Shown in pieces: positions 33,358-45,240 of a stretch of 64,000 nucleotides of DNA. The DNA is from an uncultured Synergistaceae bacterium (lineage in GTDB: Bacteria > Synergistota > Synergistia > Synergistales > Synergistaceae). Under the pieces are notes generated by a model, which made no database searches, was not told the origin of the DNA, and worked only from the letters and a program-made list of their open reading frames with translations. Every line of letters starts with the position of its first letter. Within the stretch, counting starts at the first letter, position 1. A program made the translations under genes and the position numbers. The stretch spans positions 2,790 to 66,789 of the forward strand of contig CAZNYN010000006.1 of the NCBI GenBank assembly GCA_964577295.1, written 5' to 3'.

Positions 33358-34665
33358 ATGAGACTTGAAATCGGCAGCTTCAAAGTGAAAGACATCGTCT
33401 TCGGAGACAAGACCGCATATTGCGGAGGAATCCTGACGGTGGATAAGGAAGACGCCCTTCGCGTTGTACGCGAAGACAGTCACATTACGGAGGCGGAGCT
33501 TCTTATAGTTCGCCCGGGAGATATGGTAAGACTTTGCCCAGTTAAGGAATCCGTTGAATTCAGATGTAAGGTGAGCGGCGGAATCGGCGCATATCCGGGA
33601 GCCACAAGCCCCTTGGGTCAGGCCGGAATGGGCAGAACCCACGTACTCGCCGATGCAACGCTGCTTTCCGTAGGCAAGCATTGGGGAGGATTCCAGGACG
33701 GACTTATCGACATGGGAGGCCCCTACCAGCACCACACGATCTGGGGAGACATGGTTAACCTCGTTCTCGTAGCAGATACTGACGAGCTTTTCGAGCAGAG
33801 AGAGCAGCAGAAGAAAAACCATGCAATCAGATGGGCTTCAATGCGCCTTGCAGAACATATAGCTCAGTGCGTGCGCGACATGGAGCCGGAGATTCTTGAC
33901 GTTTACGACCTTCCCGCAATCCCCGACCGCGACGAAAAGACAAAGGCCCTTCCCGGCGTAGTCTACGTTCTTCAGCCTCAGACACAGATGGAAGCATTGG
34001 GCTACAACACTCTCATCTACGGATGGGACGGCAACAGAATGCTCCCGACCTTTATGCACCCCAACGAACTTCTTGACGGCTGCATGGTTTCCGGCAGCTT
34101 CATGCCCAGCTCATCAAAGATGTCAACCTACGAATTCTCCACAAACCCGATGGTGAAGCGTCTCTATGCCGAGCACGGCAAGACGATAAACTTCCTCGGA
34201 GTAATCATGTCTACTCTGAACCCCAAGATGGACGAAAAGACACGCTGCGTCCAGATGGCCGGTCAGATGGCTGTAAGCCTCGGAGCTTCCGCGGCAGTAG
34301 TGGCCGAAGAGGGCTACGGCAACCCTGACGTAGACTACACGGCAATGCTTGTGGAGCTTGAAAGGCTCGGGATAAAGACTGTCGGTATCTCGGACGAAGC
34401 GACAGGCAGAGACGGAGCGTCACAGCCCCTCGTTTCTATGAACCCCGCGACAAACGCACTCGTATCCACGGGCAACGTATCACAGTTCTACGACATGCCT
34501 GCAATGGAAGTTATAGGCGAGCTTGAAGCTCTCGCACGCGACGGAAACTCCGGCGGCTGGGAAGGCTGCATCAACCCGGACGGCTCCTGCGTCATGGAGA
34601 ACAACGGAATGTTCTGCGCAAACCACATCAGCGGCTACTCAAAGAGAACCTGCGCTGATTTCTAA
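33358..34665 (+). CDS. grdI: Glycine/sarcosine/betaine reductase protein-B large subunit homolog, GrdI-like (apparently non-cleaved type)
   Basis: N-terminus MRLEIGSFKVKDIVFG and collinearity with my recollection of GrdE/GrdG/GrdI. Where I remember the GrdE Asn-Cys self-cleavage site, this protein reads SGSF (by-eye alignment). AAGGAGGAG RBS. Confidence 0.75.
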   Translation: MRLEIGSFKVKDIVFGDKTAYCGGILTVDKEDALRVVREDSHITEAELLIVRPGDMVRLCPVKESVEFRCKVSGGIGAYPGATSPLGQAGMGRTHVLADATLLSVGKHWGGFQDGLIDMGGPYQHHTIWGDMVNLVLVADTDELFEQREQQKKNHAIRWASMRLAEHIAQCVRDMEPEILDVYDLPAIPDRDEKTKALPGVVYVLQPQTQMEALGYNTLIYGWDGNRMLPTFMHPNELLDGCMVSGSFMPSSSKMSTYEFSTNPMVKRLYAEHGKTINFLGVIMSTLNPKMDEKTRCVQMAGQMAVSLGASAAVVAEEGYGNPDVDYTAMLVELERLGIKTVGISDEATGRDGASQPLVSMNPATNALVSTGNVSQFYDMPAMEVIGELEALARDGNSGGWEGCINPDGSCVMENNGMFCANHISGYSKRTCADF

Positions 34666-34684
34666 ATCTTGGGAGGTGAAATTC

Positions 34685-35995
34685 ATGAAAGCTGTTCATT
34701 ATATAAATCAGTTCTTCGGCCAGGTCGGCGGTGAAGATGCCGCAGACAGTAAGCCCATCTTCCATGAGGGACTTATAGGCTGTTCGATTATGCTCAACGA
34801 TATGATGCCGAGTATCGAAGTCACAAATACTTTCGTATGCGGCGACAACTACATAACAAACCATACGGAAGAAGCTCTGGCTGAAATTTTCGCATGGCTT
34901 GACAAGAAAGAGTTTGACATTTTCTTCGCAGGCCCCGCCTTCATGGCAGGACGCTACGGGGTCGGATGCGGACTTCTCTGCAAGGCCATAGCCGACCGCT
35001 ACAACGTACCGGTCATCACTTCCATGAACGAAGAGAACCCCGGCGTTGACGAATACAAAGCTAACTGCTACATCTTTAAAGGCGGCAGAAAAGCAACCTT
35101 TATGAAGGAAGACCTAACTCTTATGGCGGCCTTCGCAGAGAAAATCGCGGCAAAAGCCGAGCTTCGCCCCGCTGCCGAGGAAGGCTACTTCCCGCGCGGC
35201 ATTCGCTACGAGTTGCCCGAACCCAGCGGAGTAATGGCCGCGGACAGAGTTATAGACATGCTCCTTAAGAAACTCAACGGCGAACCATACCAGACGGAAC
35301 TTGTAATTCCGAAGATGGACAGAATTCCGCCCGCAACACCTGTAAAAGACCTTAGCAAATGCACGATAGCCCTTGTAACGTCAAGCGGTGTCGTTCCCTT
35401 CGACAACCCAGACAGGATTCAGAGCGCGTCGGCTCAGAAGTGGGGCAAGTACAATATAGCCGGCAAAGACGGCCTGCCCGAAGGCGAGTACAAGACAATT
35501 CACGCAGGATTTGACCCCGAAGCGATGTGCAAAGTTCCCGACAGAGGCGTACCTGTCGATGCAATGCGCGCTTATGAGAAAGAGGGTAAATTCGCCAAGC
35601 TTCACGATTACTTCTATACAACGGTAGGAACAGGCACGACACAGAACTATGCCGCAAAGTTCGGACGCGAAATCGCGGCGGAGCTGAAACAGGCAAATGT
35701 TGATGCCGTGGTTCTGACAGCCACTTGAGGAACCTGTACTCGTTGCGGTGCAACGATGGCAAAAGAAATTGAGCGCACAGGAATCCCCGTTGTCGTAATG
35801 TGCAACCTTATAGACGTCGCGAAGACAGTCGGTTCAAACAGAATGGTTCAGACAGTCTCCGTACCTTATCCGCTGGGCGACCCGCAGATGTCAAAAGAGG
35901 CGGAATGGACTCTCCGCTACCACAGAGTCGGTGTGGCTCTTGACTCGCTGGCAGTTGAACTGAGCGAGCCCAAAGTTTTCCCCACAAAATTCTAA
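34685..35995 (+). CDS. grdH: Betaine/glycine reductase protein-B selenoprotein subunit (GrdH/GrdB family), read through an in-frame UGA (Sec, codon 348)
   Basis: Track ORFs 34523-35728 and 35756-35995 are in the same frame. The junction reads VLTAT-U-GTCTRCGATMAKEIERTGIPVV, which is the GrdB/GrdH selenocysteine motif. GGGAGGTG RBS. Confidence 0.85.
35726..35757 (+). promoter_or_regulatory. Selenocysteine UGA codon plus SECIS-like hairpin
   Basis: UGA lies at 35726-35728. The hairpin CGUUGC-GGU-GCAACG lies at 35741-35755, 12 nt downstream, with GGU in the apical loop. Confidence 0.65.
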
Positions 35996-36010
35996 ACCGG
36001 TTCTAAAATA

Positions 36011-36066
36011 GGGGGAGGGCAAGGTTAGGAGTATCTCTGTTTCAGCCTTAGCCTTCCCTCTTTTAG
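36011..36066 (+). terminator. Terminator or attenuator between grdH and the BCCT gene
   Basis: GGGAGGGCAAGGTTAGG pairs with CCTTAGCCTTCCCTC (bulged) and is followed by TTTTAGG. Confidence 0.55.
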
Positions 36067-36123
36067 GCAAGATTCGGGCACAAATGTATCTGTGCTGCCT
36101 CAGCACGAAAGGAGCAGTTTGCA

Positions 36124-37644
36124 ATGACGAAGGATAATGCTGCACAAAGCAAATACAACCCCGTCTATATAATTTCCATAGCAATAACATTCGCACTCGT
36201 CTTCTGGGGACTTATCTCTCCGGACTCTTTCGGAAACTTTGCAAAGATACTCAACGGCGGTCTCACAAAATATTTTGGGTGGGGCTACATGCTCACTATG
36301 AATATCTTTGTCGTGTTCTGCATATTCGCGGCATTAAGCCGCTTTGGCTCCGTGCGTCTCGGCCCTTCGGACTCACGCCCCGAATACAGCAATATGTCAT
36401 GGTTTGCAATGCTCTTCTCCGCAGGAATGGGAGTAGGCCTTGTATTCTACGGCGCGGCTGAGCCTCTCTTCCACTTCGGCTCTGTGCCTTTCGGCGCTCA
36501 GGCAGGCTCGGTACAGGCGGCACGCGATGCAATGCAGATATCCTTCTTCCACTGGGGACTTCACCCATGGGCTGGATATGCAGTAATAGCGATGCCTCTT
36601 GCCTATTACCAGTTCCGCCACAATACACCGGGACTCATCAGCTCCGTCTTTATACCTCTGGTGGGAGAAGAGAAGGTACGCGGAACTTTCGGCAAGACAG
36701 TCGACATCCTTGCAATATTCGCGACCTTAGCAGGCATCACAACATCTCTCGGACTCGGCACACTGCAGCTTAACAGCGGACTTAACGCCATATTCGGAAT
36801 ACCCAAGACTACCTTCGTACAGATAGCGATTATAGGTGTTCTGGCTCTGCTCTACACAGGCTCGGCTATATTGGGAATAGAAAAAGGCATTAAAAAAGTC
36901 GCAGACTTTAACCTCTGGATATGCTTAGGCCTCATGCTCGCACTCTTCCTCGTAGGGCCAAGTCTTCCCATAGTAAACTCCCTTATGACCGGAATAGGCG
37001 ACTACACAAGCGGACTGATCAAAGAAAGCTTCTCTCTCGCCCCATACGGCGGAGATTACGAATCATTCCTCAACGGCTGGACTCTCTACTACTGGGCATG
37101 GTGGATTTCATGGGCGCCCTTCGTCGGTTCATTCGTGGCACGCATTTCACGCGGACGCACTGTACGCGAATTTGTAAGCGGAGTTCTCATCGTACCGGCA
37201 CTCGGAAGCTTCACGTGGTTTGCAATCTTCGGAACTTCTGCCCTGCACCTCGAACTCGTGCGCCACATCAATGTATCGGCGGAAGTTCTTAAGGATGTCT
37301 CCGTCGGAATCTTTGAAATGTACAAGTACTACACATTCGGAACAATAATGTCCACTGTTATGATTATCCTCATCATAACCTTCTTTGTAACTTCGGCGAA
37401 CTCGGGAACCTTCGTCCTTTCCATGCTGTCCACACACGGCGACCTAAACCCGCCAAAGGGCAAGATGGGAATCTGGGGAATCCTTATGGCGGCTCTTGCC
37501 ATAGTGCTCCTTATCTCCGGCGGACTTCAGAATCTCCAGACTGTATCCCTTGCAGCAGCCGCTCCCTTCTCACTCATAATGGTCTGCGCATGCGTAGCTT
37601 TCTGGAAAGCTCTCACCTCGGACGAGCGTGAAGGCAAGCTTTAG
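36124..37644 (+). CDS. BCCT-family (betaine/carnitine/choline) transporter
   Basis: BCCT tryptophan-rich signature WTLYYWAWWISWAPFVGSFVARISRGRT; 506 aa. Confidence 0.88.
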   Translation: MTKDNAAQSKYNPVYIISIAITFALVFWGLISPDSFGNFAKILNGGLTKYFGWGYMLTMNIFVVFCIFAALSRFGSVRLGPSDSRPEYSNMSWFAMLFSAGMGVGLVFYGAAEPLFHFGSVPFGAQAGSVQAARDAMQISFFHWGLHPWAGYAVIAMPLAYYQFRHNTPGLISSVFIPLVGEEKVRGTFGKTVDILAIFATLAGITTSLGLGTLQLNSGLNAIFGIPKTTFVQIAIIGVLALLYTGSAILGIEKGIKKVADFNLWICLGLMLALFLVGPSLPIVNSLMTGIGDYTSGLIKESFSLAPYGGDYESFLNGWTLYYWAWWISWAPFVGSFVARISRGRTVREFVSGVLIVPALGSFTWFAIFGTSALHLELVRHINVSAEVLKDVSVGIFEMYKYYTFGTIMSTVMIILIITFFVTSANSGTFVLSMLSTHGDLNPPKGKMGIWGILMAALAIVLLISGGLQNLQTVSLAAAAPFSLIMVCACVAFWKALTSDEREGKL

Positions 37645-37653
37645 GTAATATTA

Positions 37654-38631
37654 ATGGAGAGATCAATTCTCCTGTTTGAGCCGGACTTTCCCTGCTGGGA
37701 CGAAGAAACTTTCGCCCTGGCGGGGGAAGATCCCTCCTCCATAAGAGAACTTTGCGGCAACGGCTTTCTCGTACCTGCCGAAGCAGGTTATGTGCTTTCG
37801 GAAAAGGGAGAGAACTTCAGGCAGGAGCAGGCGAAAGAAAATTATATCTCCGCTCTTCCTATACCAAAGTTCGACCCGCTCCTTTCTTTGTGGAACAACA
37901 GGCTCTATCTGCTCATGGAGCACGCCTTTATCGGACAATTCGGCATTAAGGAATACTCTCTTAATGAAGCACTTCCCGTCGTGCCGCAGCTTTCCGAGAG
38001 AGAAATTCTCACAATAGAGGACGGAAAAGTAAAATATATTTGGAACAGCAGCGCTTTAATAAAAGACTTTATATCGGAATTTCCGAACAGCGGCGTAGGG
38101 TCAAGGCACTTAACTCCCCCGGGCGAGAACGCTCTGAATATGTGGATGGAGAAAAACGGCGCAAAGCGCTCCTACGTTTGCCCCAACCTTTTGCTGAGAA
38201 GCAGATACGATTTTGAATTATACAGAAAGACAAAGGTCTGTGACTCTGATAAATACAAGATGAAAGACGCTGACAGGCTCTTCTTTTTTCATGTCACGGA
38301 AGAGAGCATTAAAGATTTTTACATAAATCTGGGTAAGTTACACATTTTTCTGCTGGGACAGAAAAGAGTCTATATTCCCGGCTACGCCGATATAGACAGC
38401 CATGATCAGGAGAATTGGACTATGGCAGTGGCAGTTGCCGATACAGAGAGTTCTCTTGAAAAAATAGCGTCAATAATCTCCGCTCAGGGCAAAGCCACCA
38501 TAGATCCAATGCCGCCGCTTTTTATCATAGGTACCAGCATTGAGCGTCTTAGAGAGCAGGAAAAACCTGAAGACACAGTATATGACTGGTTTTGCGATAG
38601 GACAATTCACATTGCGAGACCGGATATATAA
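37654..38631 (+). CDS. Hypothetical protein with no recognised family
   Basis: 325-aa ORF starting 9 nt after the BCCT stop. I could match no motif with confidence. Confidence 0.6.
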   Translation: MERSILLFEPDFPCWDEETFALAGEDPSSIRELCGNGFLVPAEAGYVLSEKGENFRQEQAKENYISALPIPKFDPLLSLWNNRLYLLMEHAFIGQFGIKEYSLNEALPVVPQLSEREILTIEDGKVKYIWNSSALIKDFISEFPNSGVGSRHLTPPGENALNMWMEKNGAKRSYVCPNLLLRSRYDFELYRKTKVCDSDKYKMKDADRLFFFHVTEESIKDFYINLGKLHIFLLGQKRVYIPGYADIDSHDQENWTMAVAVADTESSLEKIASIISAQGKATIDPMPPLFIIGTSIERLREQEKPEDTVYDWFCDRTIHIARPDI

Positions 38632-38685
38632 ATAAAAAGCTCACAACTGTCGTGCAGCAGTAAGTGATAAATCCATCCTTCTATT

Positions 38686-38732
38686 AAACAACAAAGCAGA
38701 CCTCCGGGACGTGGTCTGCTTTGTTGTTTTTA

Positions 38733-38740
<8 letters not shown>
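38686..38740. terminator. Bidirectional terminator between the hypothetical gene and convergent tsaC
   Basis: Perfect 17-bp stem AAACAACAAAGCAGACC / GGTCTGCTTTGTTGTTT followed by TTATTATTTT. It overlaps the 3' end of tsaC. Confidence 0.75.
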
Positions 38741-41653
<2,913 letters not shown>

Positions 41654-41658
41654 CCCTC

Positions 41659-41685
41659 CAAAAAGGGGCGGGCTATGCCCGCCCC
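41659..41685 (-). terminator. Intrinsic terminator after metG
   Basis: The GC-rich stem GGGGCGGGC / GCCCGCCCC with a 3-nt loop is followed on the minus strand by TTTTT, immediately before the tatD RBS. Confidence 0.7.
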
Positions 41686-41716
41686 TCGCCTATACGCTCT
41701 TTTATTTGTCTTTTTT

Positions 41717-43675
41717 CTAGCTTATTCTGCTGCCGACAGGTATTGAATCGTCTATTACGGTAAGCAGAGTCAAGATTTCCTGTCTTGTCTCGGGGCTTTC
41801 TGCGGCAAGCAGCATTCCGTTGCTCTGGACTCCGCGGAATTTCGCCGGCTTTAGGTTGACAAGGACAATTATCTTTTTGCCTTCAAGCTCTTCGGGCTTG
41901 TAGAATTCTCTTATGCTTGAAACTATTACTCTCTTTTCATAGCCGAGGTCAAGATTGAGAATGTAAAGTTTGTCAGCCTTAGGCACAACTTCGATTTTCT
42001 CTACGAGAGCCACGCGCAGGTCGAGTTTCGCAAAATCGTCGTACTCTATCTGAGGCTTGGGCTCAAGGTACTTGAAGAATGCTGTAGGATCAGCCTTAGC
42101 GCGCTTTTCCAAATCGCGTTCGCTCTTTTCCGCCTTCCATTTTTCGACGTCGATGCGAGGGAAGAGTATTGCTCCCTTTTTAACTGTTACAGGGCCGTCA
42201 ATCTTGCCCCATGCCCAATTTTCGCGTCCTCCGTCAAGAGGAGTGCCTGAAAGTCCGAGCTGTTCCCATATCCTTGCAGATGTCTCCGGCATGAAAGGAG
42301 CGAGCAGGACTGCGGAGAGTCTTAGGGATTCCCAGAGAGTTCTCAAAACAGCGTCAAGTCTTTCGACTTCGCCCTCTTTGCCTAGCTTCCAAGGCTGGGT
42401 CTCGTCAATATATTTGTTTGAACGGCTGATGAATGCCCAGAGAACTTTAAGAGCGTCGTCAAATGCAAAGCGATCCATAAGCTCGGTCATTTCCGCAACT
42501 GTCTTGTTTGCCATATCTTCTATTTCCTTGTCAAGCTCTGTCGCGGTGTAGGTCTCGGGCAGTTTGCTTGAGCGGAATTTGTCTATCATCTGGAGACTTC
42601 TTGACAAGAGGTTTCCTAGGTCGTTGGCAAGGTCGGAATTTATGCGCTGTACGAGTGCAAGCTCGGAGAAGTCTCCGTCATGTCCGAAGGGAACTTCGCG
42701 CAGTACGAAGTAGCGGAAAGCGTCAACTCCGTAGAGGTCGGCCATTTCAAACGGGTCTACAACGTTGCCGACAGACTTTGACATCTTTTCGCCTTCGACA
42801 GTCCACCAGCCGTGAGCAAATACGCGGACGGGGGGATTGACTCCGAGAGCCATAAGCATAGCGGGCCATATTACGCAGTGGAATCTGATGATATCTTTGC
42901 CTACAAGGTGGCGCACAGAGGGCCAATAGGTCTGCCAGAGTCCGCCCTCTTCGGGGAAGTTCATGGCAGAGAGGTAGTTTATCAGAGCGTCAAACCAGAC
43001 ATATATTACGTGTTTGTCGTCTCCCGGCAGAGGAATGCCCCATTTGAGAGTTGTTCTCGACACAGACTGGTCGCGCAGGCCGCCCTTTATGAAGCTCACT
43101 ATCTCGTTATAGCGGGACTTCGGCATAATAGCGTCTTGGTTGTCCTCGTAGAATTTGAGGAGCTGATCCGTGTACTTAGAGAGCTTGAAGAAGTATGTCT
43201 CTTCCGTCATCTTTGTAAGAGGACGGTGGCAGTCGGGGCATGTCTGTCCCTCTCCCATCTGAGCTTCGGGCACGTATGTCTCGCAGGGCACGCAGTACCA
43301 GCCTTCGTATTCACCTTTGTAAATATCGCCCTGCTCTATAAGACGGCGGAATACTTCCTGAACGACCTTCTCATGGCGCTCGTCAGTCGTTCTGATAAAG
43401 TCATCGTTGGATATGTTGAGAACTCCCCACAGTTTCTGAAAGTTCTGGACGACTTCATCGCAAAGTTCTTTGGGAGTGATTCCCTTTTTTTCGGCTACGG
43501 TCTGAATCTTCTGTCCGTGCTCGTCTGTGCCTGTCAGAAACCAGGACTTTTCTCCGCCCGATTTGTGCCAGCGCGCGAGTACATCAGCCGCTATTGTCGT
43601 GTAGGCGTGCCCGATATGGGGAACGTCATTGACATAGTAAATAGGTGTAGTAATGTAAAAATTTTCTTTTGACAT
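41717..43675 (-). CDS. metG: Methionine--tRNA ligase with C-terminal tRNA-binding domain
   Basis: HIGH-type motif PHIGHAYT, the KMSKS motif, and zinc-knuckle cysteines. Confidence 0.92.
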   Translation of the reverse strand: MSKENFYITTPIYYVNDVPHIGHAYTTIAADVLARWHKSGGEKSWFLTGTDEHGQKIQTVAEKKGITPKELCDEVVQNFQKLWGVLNISNDDFIRTTDERHEKVVQEVFRRLIEQGDIYKGEYEGWYCVPCETYVPEAQMGEGQTCPDCHRPLTKMTEETYFFKLSKYTDQLLKFYEDNQDAIMPKSRYNEIVSFIKGGLRDQSVSRTTLKWGIPLPGDDKHVIYVWFDALINYLSAMNFPEEGGLWQTYWPSVRHLVGKDIIRFHCVIWPAMLMALGVNPPVRVFAHGWWTVEGEKMSKSVGNVVDPFEMADLYGVDAFRYFVLREVPFGHDGDFSELALVQRINSDLANDLGNLLSRSLQMIDKFRSSKLPETYTATELDKEIEDMANKTVAEMTELMDRFAFDDALKVLWAFISRSNKYIDETQPWKLGKEGEVERLDAVLRTLWESLRLSAVLLAPFMPETSARIWEQLGLSGTPLDGGRENWAWGKIDGPVTVKKGAILFPRIDVEKWKAEKSERDLEKRAKADPTAFFKYLEPKPQIEYDDFAKLDLRVALVEKIEVVPKADKLYILNLDLGYEKRVIVSSIREFYKPEELEGKKIIVLVNLKPAKFRGVQSNGMLLAAESPETRQEILTLLTVIDDSIPVGSRIS

Positions 43676-44512
43676 TTATTTAACCTCCTCGGTACAATTC
43701 TCAAGAATGTACCGTTTTATTCTGTTCCGTTGGATACAATACTTGATAGAGAGCAAGTTTGCAACATTTTTTGTGGATTCTCCCGCGGAAGTCATTTTTT
43801 CAGCCTCTTCCATCCAGACAGAATCATCCGGCACATCGGGATTTTCCGTACTGCCTGAGACAACACATACAAACTCGCCTCTTATTTTATCATCGGTCAA
43901 TATATCTTTAAAGGATAGGAGCGTTCCGCGCACCGTTTCCTGATGTATCTTGCTTATCTCCCTGACCAGCGAGGCCTTTCTGTCTCCGAGTACGGAGCCC
44001 ATAAGTTCAAGCTCTTTTAATATCCTGTGCGGCGACATATAAAATACAAGGACTTCTTTTACATCCTTTATCTCTTTTAGGCGGCTTTTCTTCTCTTCCG
44101 TCTTTCCTTTCAGAAAGCCTATGAACATAAAACTTTCCATTTCCATTCCGGACATCAGAAGGGCGGGCAGAAGGGCATTCGCACCGGGCAGTACGTCATA
44201 AGGAAGCCCCTGTTCCATCGCCGCTCTTATTATGACTCCGCCGGGATCTGAAAGTCCCGGAGTTCCCGCGTCTGACACAAGAGCTATATTTTCTCCGTTT
44301 TTGAGCCTCTGCATTATGGAGGAGACTCTCTCCGCCTCATTGTGTTCATGGCATGAAAGGAGCGGTTTTTTTATCTCAAAGTGGTTGAGAAGCTTCAATG
44401 TGTGCCTTGTGTCCTCGCACGCTATAACATCGGCCTCTCTGAGCGCTCTGAGCCCTCTCAATGTCATATCTTCCAGATTGCCTATGGGCGTCGGTACTAT
44501 TATGAGGGGCAT
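43676..44512 (-). CDS. rsmI: 16S rRNA (cytidine1402-2'-O)-methyltransferase
   Basis: N-terminus LIIVPTPIGNLEDMTLRGLRALREADVIACEDTR is typical of RsmI. Confidence 0.88.
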   Translation of the reverse strand: MPLIIVPTPIGNLEDMTLRGLRALREADVIACEDTRHTLKLLNHFEIKKPLLSCHEHNEAERVSSIMQRLKNGENIALVSDAGTPGLSDPGGVIIRAAMEQGLPYDVLPGANALLPALLMSGMEMESFMFIGFLKGKTEEKKSRLKEIKDVKEVLVFYMSPHRILKELELMGSVLGDRKASLVREISKIHQETVRGTLLSFKDILTDDKIRGEFVCVVSGSTENPDVPDDSVWMEEAEKMTSAGESTKNVANLLSIKYCIQRNRIKRYILENCTEEVK

Positions 44513-45240
44513 TTTTCATTCTCCTCTATTTTATAAGCTTCTAAAAGTTCCTTTGTCTCGCGCCCGTCCGTACCGAGCACAAATATGGGGGCTTCTATTC
44601 TTAGTCCGTGAGAAGCAGCTCTCATAGCCTCCACAAGCACAACAGTGGATTCACTGCCAGGCTTCGGATATATGGGCATCATAATTTTCGGAGGCATCTT
44701 ATGTTTGTCAAGCAAAGCGAAAAGTTCTCCCGTTCTGTTTGTCCTTATAACCAAATCAAGCCGTCCTCTGTTTTTCAGCAGATATTTTGACGCCGTTATT
44801 ACATCCTCAAGTGTGCATTCCGTCCCGTGCATTGCCGCCGCCAGTGCATCTGACGGGCTTCTCCTGCTGTCGGAAAGCTCATCGTAGGGCGGGTTCATCA
44901 CAACTCTGTCAAAGCTCTGAGCGCTCCAATATTTTTTATAATTTCTAAGGTCACGGACAAAAAATTCCGTTCTCTCCTCAAGAGAGTTTATCGCGGCATT
45001 TTCTTTAGCCATCTCTATTAAGTGCGGCTGAATGTCCGCACCTTCGACGCAAAAACCCCTTTTAGCCAATATGAGAGAGACGGCCCCGTGAGCGCATCCA
45101 AGCTCCAATATCTTCTCGCGTCTGCGCGGCTTTGTGAAATGCGCCAAAAGTATGGTGTCGAGGTTCACACGCGGCCCCATCTTCTCGTCGGGCTGTTTTA
45201 TTTTCAATGCGCCGTAAAGAAGGTCTTCCATTACGCCCAC
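44500..45240 (-). CDS. SAM-dependent N6-adenine methyltransferase, TrmN6/YfiC-like
   Basis: SAM motif ILELGCAHG and catalytic NPPY (VVMNPPYD). Its position next to rsmI matches Firmicutes. Confidence 0.7.
   Translation of the reverse strand: MGVMEDLLYGALKIKQPDEKMGPRVNLDTILLAHFTKPRRREKILELGCAHGAVSLILAKRGFCVEGADIQPHLIEMAKENAAINSLEERTEFFVRDLRNYKKYWSAQSFDRVVMNPPYDELSDSRRSPSDALAAAMHGTECTLEDVITASKYLLKNRGRLDLVIRTNRTGELFALLDKHKMPPKIMMPIYPKPGSESTVVLVEAMRAASHGLRIEAPIFVLGTDGRETKELLEAYKIEENEKCPS

Noticed and set aside
34523-34684. 5' extension of the grdH ORF overlapping the end of grdI.
   Set aside because: The ATG at 34685 follows GGGAGGTG and yields the canonical MKAVHYINQFFGQVGGED N-terminus. The extension is a Thr/Ala/Ser-rich out-of-frame reading of grdI.
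42812-43672. 286-aa plus-strand ORF opposite metG, and a 339-aa ORF at 62613-63632 opposite rel.
   Set aside because: These are long antisense shadows, which are typical of highly expressed and codon-biased genes. The opposite-strand products carry HIGH/KMSKS and HD/synthetase motifs respectively.
43676-43700. T-box leader upstream of metG.
   Set aside because: The metG start codon abuts the rsmI stop (43675/43676), so no leader space exists.
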